This document shows positions 13,095-25,377 of a stretch of 64,000 bases of DNA, piece by piece. The notes under the pieces are model-generated. The model did not search any database and had not been told where the DNA came from. It saw only the letters and a program-made list of their open reading frames with translations. A program made the position numbers and the translations under genes. Within the stretch, counting starts at the first letter, position 1, and the number at the start of each line of letters is the position of its first letter. This DNA is from Glaucostegus cemiculus (lineage: Eukaryota). The stretch covers positions 22,754,001 to 22,818,000 of the forward strand of contig CDPCPM010000037.1 in the NCBI GenBank assembly GCA_976551045.1. The letters are read 5' to 3'.

Positions 13095-13606
13095 CTAAAG
13101 TAAGTCAGGAGTGTGATGGAATACTTTCCACTTGCCTGGACAAGTGCAGCTTCAACAACACTCAGGAAGCTCAACACCATAAAGGACAGCTTGATAGGCA
13201 CCCTGTCCACAACCATTCACTCACTCCACCTCCAACATACAGTAGCAGTGGTTTATACGATATGTAGGATGCACTACAACAACTCATCAAGACTCCTTAG
13301 CAACTTCCAAACCCACTCCCTCAACCAGCTAGAAGGACAAGGGCAACAAAAGCACAGGGAACATCACCACCTGGAAGTTGCTGTCTGAGCTGCACACCAT
13401 CCTTGGAGATATATCACCTTCCTTCTCTGTCACCGGGTCAGAATCTGGAACTCCCTCTCTCACAGCTTTTGGGTATAACCATACCTCAAGAATCGCAGTG
13501 ATTCAAGAAGGCAGCTCACCACCACCTTCTCGAGGGCAACTAAGGACAGATAGTTAAGTGCTGGCTCAGCCTATGAAGCCCACATCCCTTGAATGACTAA
13601 AAAAAA
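13095..13606 (+). mobile_element. CR1/L2-group LINE 3' end (RT C-terminal region), 5'-truncated
   Basis: ORF 13113-13388 MEYFPLAWTSAASTTLRKLNTI...IHSLHLQHTVAVVYTICRMHYNNSSRLL resembles a non-LTR ORF2 C-terminus. The tail is gcccacatcccttgaatgact followed by poly-A. Confidence 0.75.
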
Positions 13607-13654
13607 GTGCTCTGGACAACTTCCTTTCTATGTAAATGAAAATCAAACAAAAAA

Positions 13655-13765
13655 ATTGCTGATGCTATTCAGATAAAGGACCGATGACCTGAGACGTTAA
13701 CTCTTTTCTCCTTCCATGGATACTGGCTGACCTGCTGAACATTTCCAGCATTTTCTGTGTCTATT
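13655..13765 (+). mobile_element. Penelope-like terminal repeat fragment
   Basis: gacctgagacgttaactc...tgacctgctgaacatttccagcattttctgt is the same repeat as the right arm of 54941-55128. Confidence 0.6.
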
Positions 13766-14129
13766 ACTTTCTATGTTGCTGTTTTATTTGCACATGTCAC
13801 ATACAAGTCCATATAGATAACCTTCCAAAATTCCATCCAAATCCATATTCTTTAATCTATCCAGTATGTTACATAAGACTATTTATTAAATATATCAAAT
13901 ATAGTCTGCCTTTAATAAATCCATCCTGGTTTGATTTGATTACTTTTTACTCAAGTTTTCTATTACATGGGTTTTCTTTGCTAACTTGTGTTTGAGGATT
14001 AGGTGATCACAAAATCTCTCACAGATTAATATTATGTAAGGCACACATGTTGATGTCCGTTTCTCGTGATGGCATTTTCATAAACAAACCAAGTAAAAGT
14101 GCATATTTTGAAACAATTTGTATGAAGAC

Positions 14130-14171
14130 TGGAATGTCCCAATACCTGTCATAAGGTATCGGGACATTCCA
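14130..14171. repeat. Short inverted repeat (18-bp arms, 1 mismatch, 6-nt loop)
   Basis: tggaatgtcccaatacct-gtcata-aggtatcgggacattcca, read directly from the sequence. Confidence 0.9.
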
Positions 14172-14802
14172 TGTTCTGCTCCCAGTTTGTTTTGGAGATA
14201 CTGTAATGAGAATGTTGCGTCTATGTACAATTGTTAGCCTTCCTATAAGTGAATCACATTAATTCCTTACAACACTGAAGCTGGATTTTGCCACAGGTCC
14301 TTCAGGATGTAAACTATCCACAGTCACCACTGCACACTGCACTTTACTTCCCCACGTGCTGCTCTGGAAGATGCAATATTAGCACACCCACTCGAGCTGC
14401 TTTCCGCCTCTGAATTAATTTACAAGAGAAAAGAATACAGAACAGCTGAAACATTGCCTGATGATAGTAGCAAAAGGCCTGCTTTTTTTATATAAAAAGA
14501 AATATACACAAAACAGCGGTGAATATAATGAGAGTCTGTTTACTCACAGTGAGAAAAGTGAGTTGCTTTCAGTTCCATTTCACCTGAGACCATTCTACAC
14601 TTTTGTCCTTGAATCTTTTTGTTTAACTCTTCACTAGCCTTGCTTGAAATGAATGACATTTTCCCCAAAAAATTAGAAACCTGCCTCTTAATACTTTGCT
14701 AGTACCATCTTCAGGCATAGCAGTGGATCCTTCATGGATTCTAAACATACCTTGCATCGTCAGTCAGTACTCTGCAGGTGTTAAAGACCAATGACTAGGG
14801 AA

Positions 14803-14917
14803 AGAAAGGACTGCAGATGTTGGAATCTAGATGAAAAATATGATGATGCTGGAGGAACTCAGCAGGCCAGGAAGCATCCATGGAGAAAAGCAGAAGGTCA
14901 ATGTTTTGGGTCACGAC
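14803..14917 (-). mobile_element. Penelope-like terminal repeat fragment
   Basis: ctgcagatgttggaatct...gctggaggaactcagcaggccaggaagcatccatggag, the same family as 18205 and 54941. Confidence 0.65.
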
Positions 14918-15249
14918 AAATGACTAGACCTGAAAATCAGAAGCATGCTTTACTCAGGATGCCACACACTTATGTGGACAGTTGGAGTGTACCAGTATTC
15001 AGGCCTCTGGATACTTATCTATTAAACACACAACTATGATACGTACTTCTTGTGGCTGATCCACATCTGTTAACTGGTACCTTTTGGGTGTAAGATTTGA
15101 GCCTTTTCCAAATCCAGCCTTTCAAATTCCCATTGATACCATAAACCAATTTTCTGAAGTAAGCTAGTGTGAGGGACTTTGATCAGAAAGTCTCAGCAAA
15201 CAAGAGTTGTTAGCTTCCATGTCTTTGGATAACTTATAGATATGAAGCT

Positions 15250-15510
15250 TATATTAATGATCCAGAGACAGGCATTCAATTCCCACCATGGCAAACCCAA
15301 GTAATTAAATACATCTGTAATAAAAAGCAAATATCAGTAAATGGTGATTGTAAAATTAATGAATTGTCATAAAAATCCATCTGGTTCATTCATATCCTTG
15401 AGTACTGGGTCTGGCTTGTATTTGACTCCAGAAGTACCAATAAGTGTTACTCTTAACTGGCCTTTCAAATGCACCAGTAAGCCACTCCCGTCAGGGGATA
15501 ATCAAAGATA
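15250..15510 (+). mobile_element. Chondrichthyan tRNA-derived SINE fragment
   Basis: B-box-like ttcaattcccaccatggca, then aaaaatccatctggttcatt...tgactccaga...actcttaactg, shared with the 55780-56025 copy. Confidence 0.6.
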
Positions 15511-15719
15511 CACTTGGAGTTGCACCATTCCTCATTTAGAGATGGGTACAAATTGGTGGAAAGTGCTCGAGAAGCTAAGTGGCCTATTTCCTTGATTCCT
15601 TTGCCAGAAAAATACATGTCTCATGGATGAATAACAAAGAATTATCTGAATTACCCTGTTGGGAATTCAGTAAGGCAGTTTACAGATTTCACCAAATGTT
15701 ATGTAACAAAAAAATTAAC

Positions 15720-16078
15720 ATGTATAAAATATTGAGAGGATAGATAGAGTAGACAGCCAGCGCCTCTTTCCCAGGGCACCAGTGCTCAAGACAAGAGTGC
15801 ATGGCTTTAAGGTTATGGGTGGGAAGTTCAGGGGAGATGTCAGAGGGAAGTTTTTCACCCAGAGAGTGTTTGGTGCATGGAATGCGCTGCCTGGGGTGGT
15901 GGTGGAGGCAGATACGTTGGACAGGTTCAAGAGATTGTTGGATAGGCATATGGAGGAATGTGGGATAGAGGGGTATGTGGGAGGAAAGAGTTAGATCGTG
16001 TGAGGTGTGGTTTGATGGATGGCACAACATGGTGGGCTGAAGTGCCTGTATTGTGCTGCATTGTTCTATGGTTCTATA
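15720..16078 (+). mobile_element. HER1/CR1 LINE 3' end, young, 5'-truncated
   Basis: ORF 15782-15994 KTRVHGFKVMGGKFRGDVRGKFFTQRVFGAWNALP, plus the 3' tail ggcacaacatggtgggctgaag...ttctatggttctat. Near-identical to the reverse complement of 22745-23100. Confidence 0.9.
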
Positions 16079-17490
16079 GTGGAGGATTGCATTCAACAAA
16101 AAATGCTATCTGTGTTCTCAGGACAAGGCCACCCTTTAGCAAATAGTATTAATATAGATGAACATATTGAAGAGCATTTTGATCCCATGGTGTCTTGCTT
16201 TGGGCCAACAGGGAATAAAAATAACATGTAGGGTACCATAACGGACCAGGTTGAGAGAGGAAAACTGAGGCAAAAGGTGATATGGTTGCAGGGAGGAAGA
16301 ACTTTAGCCTATACCAACCATTTGTTTAGCACCCGGAAAGGGAGTACATATCAACCCTTGGTCCCTTGAGCCTTTTCTGCCATTCAGGGAAATCGTGAGC
16401 TAGCTCCATGTGAGGGATGATACCTTATCTTACCATGTGAGTTAAGCATTTGGTAATGAGTAATTTGTTTTGTGACATATGTCTTGGTTGTCTTAAAAAA
16501 AATCAAGATAGTTGACTTTTCTGTCATTTATTTTGATTTTAGTTGGGATGTAACAGTCATACTCTCCTTATAATGACTCATCAGCAGATATGCCATCTGT
16601 TTTTTTATATATTATCCAATGAAGAGTTTCCAGTACAAGTACAAAGCAATTCTGCTGATGTGAATGGCTCCACTGTGAAATGTAATGTGAACTGGGTTTC
16701 AAAAAAACAATGTGCAAAGCAGAAGTGACAGAGAATGTGAGCACATATGACTAATGTAAATTGCCCAGCAGAAAACATGATTACTCAGTGAATTACTTTC
16801 TCATTATTGCAAGAATTGGGGGGGACATAATCAGCAGCACCTTGGGCTGATTTTGTTTTAAAGCTTGAAGAAATTCCCTACATGTTTTTCTGTCTCATAG
16901 GAAAATTGAGGTTTAGCAGAAATCTGTTTCGCAACAGTTTTTGTTTTTGCAGTCCTGCTTCTGTTTATGTGGATGAGAAATATAATTAGTGCATTGTGTA
17001 AAACTACTAATTTAGCCAGTTACAATGGTGTGTCTAATTAAATGCAATGAAATATGATTTTCTGAAGTGGCATCTGCCAAACTACGTCAAGATCAGATGA
17101 GGTTTAAATACATGTTCTTCCTCTTGGTGGTACCATTTGAATAGATAATAAGGCTAATTACAGTAAAAGGGAGATACTCAGTTGTATATAACTGGACAAG
17201 GATTTAAGGGTTGAGGATAAATGATCTGAATTATTTGAAGAGTAGTTGATTATGCTCTGGTAAGAATGGAATTATCACAATGTGTAATAATTCTGCTCAG
17301 GATTTGGAGAACATCCCTGTGAAACTCAGTATTACTTCAATGAAAATCTTGGCAACCTTTTTGTTGACATCGGGCCTTTCAATGCCTTTTAGAAGATTGC
17401 AGTGCAAAAAATAAAATTTCTCATTGTTTAGGTGTATGCAGACAATAATTAATGATTCAAACACTTTTCCAAAAGGAAAAGCTTTCGTTT

Positions 17491-17558
17491 CAGCACAACT
17501 TTGTGGGCCGAAGGGCCTGAATTGTGCTGTAGGTTTTTTTTAGTAGTTTTTTTCTATG
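17491..17558 (+). mobile_element. HER1/CR1 3' tail only (extreme 5' truncation)
   Basis: ttgtgggccgaagggcctgaattgtgctgtagg is identical to the tail at 61411-61443. Confidence 0.75.
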
Positions 17559-18204
17559 AAATAAAAATTAAGTATAATTTTCAAGTGCAGCCAAATATTT
17601 AATTTAGATGAGTTCCATATTGAGATGTCACTTTCTGCAAGTACACCTTGATCACATGGGTCACTACTTCCTTTAAGTTCAGATAATCCTTGATGTGCAT
17701 TATTATTAAGTTGTTCCTACTGAATACCACAGGCCTAAAAAGTGATAGCCGATAAGGATTCTTGTGACTCAGTATTACTTCAATGTTATTGTTGACTTTG
17801 AGGAAGGTTGGTAGGTTGGCAATGTTAAAGCTGTCACAATATAATTGCAAACCCATGAGGTGAAGTTAAGTATAATGGCCCCAAATGTAACATCAGTTGC
17901 TCAGTGACTGATCATATTTTAAATTGCTTGACCAAAATGGGAATGTCTGAATACTTGGTGCTTGCTGATGCAAATGGCTCCACTGTGTATGCATAAAATT
18001 AGTTTTAATTGGCTGTATACTAAATTGATGAACAACATATGTGTACCATGGCAATTCTTACAAAGAGTTTCTGTAGTCTGGAAACACAGCATTGCCTGAA
18101 GACATTTAAAAAGAACTTATAGTAAATCAAGCTTGAATTTATTTAAAACAAGTAAACATATTAATCTTGTAGAAGTCTTCTGTACATGATAAATCTGGCT
18201 GAAA

Positions 18205-18303
18205 GTACTGCAGATACTGGAACTGCTGAAAAAACTCAGCAGGACATGTAGCATCTGTGGATGGAGAAACAGTTATTATTTTAGGTTGATGATCTTTCAT
18301 CAA
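18205..18303 (-). mobile_element. Penelope-like terminal repeat fragment
   Basis: ctgcagatactggaa...aactcagcaggacatgtagcatctgtgga...agaaacag. Confidence 0.6.
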
Positions 18304-18329
18304 AGTGGTGTTCCTAATATCAAAGAATA

Positions 18330-18860
18330 ATAGAAATTTACAGTATAACAGAAAGTGTTTTAGCCTATTTGTGTCCCTGCCAGCCAGAAATGCCGCTATT
18401 TAGCTTACTACCACTTCCTAATGCATAGTTTGTAACTTGCAGTTATACCTCTTCAAGCATTAAAGCTGGCATCTTTTAAATGTGATAGGAGTTTCTGCTT
18501 TCACCACCCTTTCTAGCAGTTCGTTTCAGACCCCACCACTTTTTGGATGAAAAATATTTTCCTTGATTCCCCTTTAATCCTTGGTGAGAAACTAAATCCA
18601 TGTTCCCCAATTACTCACTTACCTGCTAGTGGAAATAAGGCCTTCCTGTACACTCTCCAAAGTCCTATCATTTTGTACACCTCAATTAAATCTGTCCTCA
18701 GTGTTTGAAAGGAGTCTTGCCAGTTTTTCCTTTAAAACTACTGCTGGCAACATGCTCATAAATCGCTGTAACCTTTCCGGTATTGTTGCATTCTTCCTGT
18801 GGTGTGGTTCCTTAGAATGGTATACAAAACTCTAGCGGTGGTCTAACTGCTGCTTTAGTT
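18330..18860 (-). mobile_element. CR1 LINE 3' portion, antisense, degraded
   Basis: ttctgctttcaccaccctttctagcag...tttgtacacctcaattaaatc...caaaactctagcggtggtctaac parallels the antisense copy at 22745-23300. Confidence 0.65.
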
Positions 18861-21800
18861 GTACTAAGTAATGCTGAGTTGTACTGAATACCATACAAAG
18901 TATCAACCAAATAAAGGATCAACATGATCTCCAAATTACCTGTCCACAAATTATCAAAATTTACTCAGTTTGCAAGCTGCAGATATCTCTTGATTTCTCA
19001 GAAGTTGCCAATTTGAAAATTTATTGGAAATGTGTGCGAGTTGCACAGCAGTCTGCCACTTCGCTGGCTTCAACTTTCATTGAACGAATGCTGATTGAGA
19101 AAAATACCTGCACAAATCATTCTTCAGCAAAATAAGCTGAACATGAATTATTTTGATAGATGAATTTCAGGATGCAGTCCAGACATGATGCAACAAAGCA
19201 AAGAGTAGCTTGTGCAGGAAACATGAAGAGCTCAGTACCTGCTTGTGTGGATTGAATTTCAAGTTACACATAATCAAGAACAAATTGGTATCTTGAGCTA
19301 CCACCATCTTTCCTTAGATGTTCTGAATCACATTCTAGTTAAATGACCAATCTGAATAATGTACATACACTTGATAAGCCTTTCATTGAATGTACTTAAA
19401 GTACTGTTCAAATACCACCAACCTATCAGCACAGAACTGACTCTATATCATTTGCTTCACAAACCAAAGAATTATAAAGCTTTTGTGGTTTGAACTAAAT
19501 TTCAGTTAGGTGGTCAGCATTCCAGCAAGATCAAAGAAAGATCCTTAGCCTTTGATTGAAAAAAAATGCTTTGACGTGCTCCTGTTCTTGGCAAATCTAC
19601 TTTGGCTCAATAATGTCCAAGGAGCAAAGATGCTCTCCCTCTTTAGATGTACAGTCATGGTCTCCTCCTCACATGTATGGAATCAGCACTATCTACAAAT
19701 GACAGGAATTCTGTCCAATTTACCTTCTTTAACTGATTCTGCTGACTTCGCTGTGCCAGGTGGTACAATATAGGAGTCAAGGCAATGCTTGTGCAGAAGG
19801 CAGCAGGTCTGCTGGGCATCATGAGTTTTTTTAGTGCAGAATTAACATGTGCCTTGTGATTGAGCCAGATCTACATTTAGTGAGAAGGAACTAGGTCACC
19901 ATAATTCAATCTTCATGATAACATATCCTCACAGATAAATAAAGCATAACTGTACATTAAAACATTTTAATTATGCATTGGCTAGCAAAATATAACCTAG
20001 ATTTTGAAAACATGGGGGAACAGGGTATTTGGTTGGAAAGGGGTACAATTATAAAAATGAATAGATTCTTTATAGAATTAGAGTGGGGAATGGCAGAGCT
20101 GGGGTAAAACAAGGGGTGGGTTTTGGTCTGAAGTCAGAGGAGTGTAGATGAACAAATTTCCCTGAAAGGGAAAACAACAAAAAATGTTTGGGGACCTCTA
20201 GTTAAAGTGGTGTGAGTTCATGATTTCAATCAATTTTTGAAAAACCAAACATTGTTGATTTATAGCATTATCAGTATTTATTTATAAGACCAAAACTTTG
20301 CATTTCCAATAACCTGCAGGGTTGCAGTTGTGTAAACTTCCTCCTATGCCCATAGGTAGAGCTTGTTATCCAGTCATTTCATACTGGAGATATAATTTCT
20401 TCTGTGTGAAATTTTAATGAAAGATTTATCCACTATCACTGGAAGCTAATGACAGATTAATAAAAGAATGTCTCCCACAGGAGAGTTGAATGTAGTGTCT
20501 CCCCTGAGTTCAATTTTATGGCCTGGAAACAGTTGTGCTGCCTTTGTTATGTTTATTGCAGTCAGCTGCAGAGCATCCTGCCCTCCATGCCTCAGACCAT
20601 TATTACACATGAGGATAATTACCTGCCAAAAATTCAAACTCTTACTTTCATTAACTTTTGCCAAGTTGCTGGTCCAGCAGAATTTCTTCACTTAAGTAGG
20701 TGCCAAAATTTCATCTCCTGTTTGTCAGGATACTGATTGTGCTGCTTCATATTTTGATGACTTAAATTTCTTCAAAGTGATTCCATTTTGTGAGTTTTGA
20801 TAGAAAATGCTGGATATTTGATTTTTAAGCTGAAGCAAAGTATGTATAGATATTTATCTGCCTGATGCCTATAAAAGTCATCTTTATGACTTGATGCCTT
20901 GTTCATCTTCAGTGTACCTTGAAACCATATTATTAAATACTTGTACCATTGCTGCCCTCGGTTGTTAATGTTTACACTTAAGTATCCCAAATACCTCAGC
21001 TATAAGTGTAAAAGAATTACATTGGGCACCAAAACCATTTTATTTTTCTCAGTAGTTTACCAAGTGTGCTTACTGAATGCAGAGATCATTGCCTAATAAA
21101 TTTTGTATGTGTTAGTGTAGAAAAGGAACCCAAGAGAAATGCCCATAACACATCAATGCAAACTTCTTAACTGAGTAGCAGGAAATGTGGACATCTTTTT
21201 AATAGTGTCAGTTTGACTTGCAGGCAGATGCTGCAGAGGCAGGATTTTGCTGCAGAGCAGCAGTGCGCAGAATCAAAAGCCTTGGATTCATACTGCACAA
21301 GTATTGGCAAACTAACAATTAACCTGTGTGAAATTGATTTGCTTGCTTCTTTGACACAGTCATTAACCTGCTTGATTTTTAAAAATAATATTCTCATTAT
21401 ATAACCTCAAGGTCAAAGTTGTCCCTGAGGTCTGTCAGATATGAAAAAGCAACAGCCTGACAACTTGATTCTAACCATTCGACTTACAAAGTCTATAAGA
21501 TTGCAGTGTGTACGCAATCTAAAGAAACCTTCAAATGTCTTCTTGCTTCAGGTGTTGAATCTGGGATTTTTTTAGCCATTCCACACTTTAAAAAAAAAGA
21601 TTACTTGGATTATCCCTACAAAATGGCAGAGAGTGTGTTTATGACAGATTAGAAAGCTTTTTAAATGTTGTAATATGGAAGGAGGAAAATAATTAAATTG
21701 TTTCACTGAAAAATATAAGCAGTTTTGGATCAAAAATTTTATATTATCTAAATCATATATACTAAATCATTCAAAATATTGATCGGAATGGAAATGTATC

Positions 21801-21869
21801 TGTTTTTCATTAATGTTTAAAAAGGAACTAATAACGTTAAATAAATACCATTCATATAAACATGGCCAA

Positions 21870-22042
21870 GACTGTAACATACTGATCTGGTTTTTATGCT
21901 TTACTCTGTATGTTGTTATTGTTTTTACCCTATACTATCTCAATGCACTCTGTAGTAACTCAATATATCTGCACTGTGCAATGAATTGATCTGTACAAAC
22001 GGTATGCAAGACAAGTTTTTCACTGTACCTCAGTACAAGCGA
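21870..22042 (+). mobile_element. Rex1/Babar-type 3' UTR fragment
   Basis: gatctgtacaaacggtatgcaagacaagtttttcactgtacctcagtacaagcgacaataataaaccaatacc matches the tails at 12530-12603 and 43190-43266. Confidence 0.7.
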
Positions 22043-22744
22043 CAATAATAAACCAATACCAAATTTTTCCTTGGTGGGATAATTTTCATTACCCACTGTT
22101 TAACCGTTCGCGCATTGGAATTTCATTTATCAAAATGGTTTCATATTTTATTTTGTTCAGTCTGGAGAAAATAAAGAGTTGCATGATATTGGTGTTCTGA
22201 TTTTTTCCAATTTTAACTATTTCAGCACCTATACCATTCTCCAGTTGAGAAGTGTTCAGGTGAATTGATAACTGTACCCTAACAATGTCAGCCAAATAGC
22301 ACCAAGAATTGTTTTCAAGTCCATGAGAAGTTTCAGCCCATTCTCATTCATTGCAAAGAGTTGGGCCAATAGATTTTCTTGGTCATGTAGTGTCACCTGT
22401 GAAAACAATAAACAAGAATGGGGCAATTAATTGAGAAATAGTCAGCACCATTTAAGTCCATTGCGGATCCTGCTCATTGAATTCAACCAAATTTATCAGA
22501 CTCAAGGGAATGGAAGTCATTCCCCCCCCAAAAAAAAAATCTTTCTAATTTTCTTAAGGCTTTTAGTTAAAATTAAAAAAAACAAATTCAAAGCAGTCAC
22601 CAGATATCTTTTGTGCCACTTTCAGCTCTTTAACATGCAAAACTGCAAGCATTTCCAACCCAATGGGCATTCATCAATAGGCCAATGAAATAAAGTTTTT
22701 ATTTCCTGAGGTCTTGCCAAAGAATTTGGCCAAGAAGCAAAGGT

Positions 22745-23495
22745 GAACCATAGAATCATAGAACAGTACAGCACAAAACAGGCCCTTCGGCCCACCAAGT
22801 TGTGCCGTCCTTCAAACGTCACACAATCTAACTCTTTCCTCCCACATATCCCTCTATCCCACATTCCTCCATATGCCCATCTAACATTCTCTTGAATCTG
22901 TCCAATGTATCTGCCTCCACCATGACCCCAGGCAGTGCATTCCATGCGCCAATCACTCTCTTGGTGAAAAACTTCCCTCTGACATCTCCCCTGAACTTTC
23001 CACCCAATATCTTAAAGCCATGCCCTCTTGTCTTGAGCATCTGTGCTCTAGGAAGGAGGCGCTGGCTGTCTACTCTATCTATTCCTCTCAATATCTTATA
23101 CACCTCTATCAAGTCCCTTCTCATCCTCCTCCTCTCCAACGAGTAAAGCCCTGGCACCTTAAGCCTCTCCTCATATTCTATACCCACTAATCCATTCATC
23201 ATCCTGGTAAATCGCCTCTGTACCCTCTCCAGCGCCTCCACATCCTTCCTATAATGCAGCGACCAGAACTGAACACAATACTCTAAGTGCGGTCTAACTA
23301 GAGCTTTGTAAAGCAGCATCATCACCTCTCTGCTCTTGAACTCAATCCCACAATTTATAAAAAGCTAACATCCCATAAGCCTTCTTAACTGCCCTATCCA
23401 CCTGCGAGGCAACTTTGAGTGAACTGTGGATATGAACCCCCAGATCCCTCTGCACCTCTACACTGCCAAGTACCTTGCCATTTACCTTGTACTGA
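22745..23495 (-). mobile_element. HER1/CR1 LINE 3' ~750 bp, young, ORF2 C-terminus largely open
   Basis: ORF 22828-23325 LYKALVRPHLEYCVQFWS...LERVQRRFTRMM...LYSLERRRMRRDLIEVYKI and upstream QRDLGVHIHSSLK are classic CR1 ORF2 motifs. The tail ttctatgattctatggttc lies at the left end. Confidence 0.95.
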
Positions 23496-23681
23496 ATGCA
23501 TGTCCCTTCATTTGGTGCTTTAAAACTAGCCAGCTGGTATGTTTTTTGATATTTTATATTTGAATAATTTGCACTTGCTGGCTTTAGCTTAGAACATTGT
23601 TTTGTCCTGGGATGTTGAGGTGTAGCAACTGACACCAGAGTGGCTGAGAAGGATAGGAGGATAGATGAAAGAATAAAAAAA

Positions 23682-24040
23682 AGTGATACAAAATATTAAG
23701 AGGAGTAAATACAGTGGACAGCCAGCACCTCTTTCCCAGGGTACCAATGCTTAATACAAGAGGGCATGGCTTTAAGGCAATGGGTGGGAAGTTTAAGGGA
23801 GATATCAGAGGGAGGTTTTTCACCCAGAGACTGGTTGGTACATGGAATACGCTGCCTGGGGTGGTGGTGGAGGCTGATATGTTGGTCAAGTTCAAGAAAT
23901 TGTTAGATAAGCATACGGAGGAATTTAAAATAGGGAGATATGTGGGAGAAAGGGGTTAGATAGTCTTAGGTCTGGTTTAAAGGTCAGCACAACATGGTGG
24001 GCTGAAGGGCTTGTATTGTGTTGTATTGTTCTATGGTTTA
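23682..24040 (+). mobile_element. HER1/CR1 LINE 3' end, 5'-truncated
   Basis: ORF 23714-23959 TRGHGFKAMGGKFKGDIRGRFFTQRLVGTWNTLP, plus the tail gcacaacatggtgggctgaagggc...ttctatgg. Confidence 0.9.
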
Positions 24041-25377
24041 ATAGTTTGTTGGTTGCAGGATGAAAGGACAATTTAGGGGCTTGAGAAATTAGGGGAGATT
24101 GAGGAAATAATTTTGATTTCTACCCATTAGATACAGAATGCAAGGACGGAATGTAACAATGACACTTGGAGAAAGAAAGAACTGATGATTAAGGCAGTGT
24201 TGATGAAATACAATTCAGAAAGGTTGAGAGGAAGAATGGTTTGAACCTAGGTGTCAACAAAGAATGTTAGACGAGAAAGTTTTCTTTTCAGTTCTACTCT
24301 GCTATTCTCTGTACAAACACTTTCCCAAATTTGGGTCTGGTATTTCAGTAATTAAGGTGGAATTTATTTTACAGATCATTTAAAACTTACAGTGGAAAAC
24401 TTGTGATTGGTGCAAAAGAGGATATTGTGCATATTGGAAAGAGGCTGATGGCTCTTAACATTCTGCTTCTGAATGAAGAAAGAGTGAATGATTGTCATGC
24501 AATAGCTGCTAATGGATTTCCTTTTTTGGGTGATACAGCCATGTATTCTTTGAAAAGGGACAGTCTAGTTCCTTACTGTCTTTATAATTCCTAGATGCAT
24601 CAGACACAGGTTCTGGGAAATACAGTAGATGTGGGATTTGAGTTGATTATACTCCCACATTCTATCAATTTAACAGTATATTCCTGTCATCATAGATTCT
24701 CCTGCAGTGCAATGATCATGAAAGACTTCTATTCAGACCAAATGTGACAGGAACAAAATATTATCTTAAAAAAATGTATGATATCATACCTTCAGTGGTT
24801 TGGTCCATAAGGCTGCTGGCTTGTATGGAACAGGGCTATAAAAAAGTTGCAGGCTTTGTCCCATCAGGTGATCTCAGCCAGAATAATGACATTGCTGCAG
24901 CACACTTCCACGTGCAAACATGAAGGAGCAGAGAAAATTCCCCTCTCTCAATCGTTCTCCAGTGACTTTAGAAGATATGTGCAGTCATCAGGTGATCACA
25001 GTTTGAGGACCAGCTGGTATTCGTCTTCACTAAGTAATATGCTGGGAATTCCTTCACCGCATGAAATGAAGTGGTTCATCATCATCTTCCCAAAGACATT
25101 TAGGCTGAGTGTTAATTCCCCTCTTTCCGCTGACACACACAGCCTGGGAATGAATAAAAAGATCAGACGTGAACTGTAATCCCTCAGGCGAAATACCAAG
25201 AGGTAATTAGCATCTATGTTACATTGCCCCAATGTGAGCTGCCAACTCAACAAAGAAGAGGAAGAAAATTAGAGAGAGAGTGAAGTAAAAATCTTGGGAA
25301 TATTTGGAATAGAATTAAGAACAGTGCTGCAGAGTAAACCCATCAATCTCCTATCAAAGTAAACATAATAAAAAGAG

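Noticed and set aside
15689-16099. 136-aa minus-strand ORF and similar ORFs at 22892, 23584 and 45757
   Set aside because: These are antisense shadow frames of CR1 copies.
22828-23325. 165-aa ORF as a host gene
   Set aside because: It is the C-terminus of CR1 ORF2 in a 5'-truncated copy lacking the RT core and promoter.
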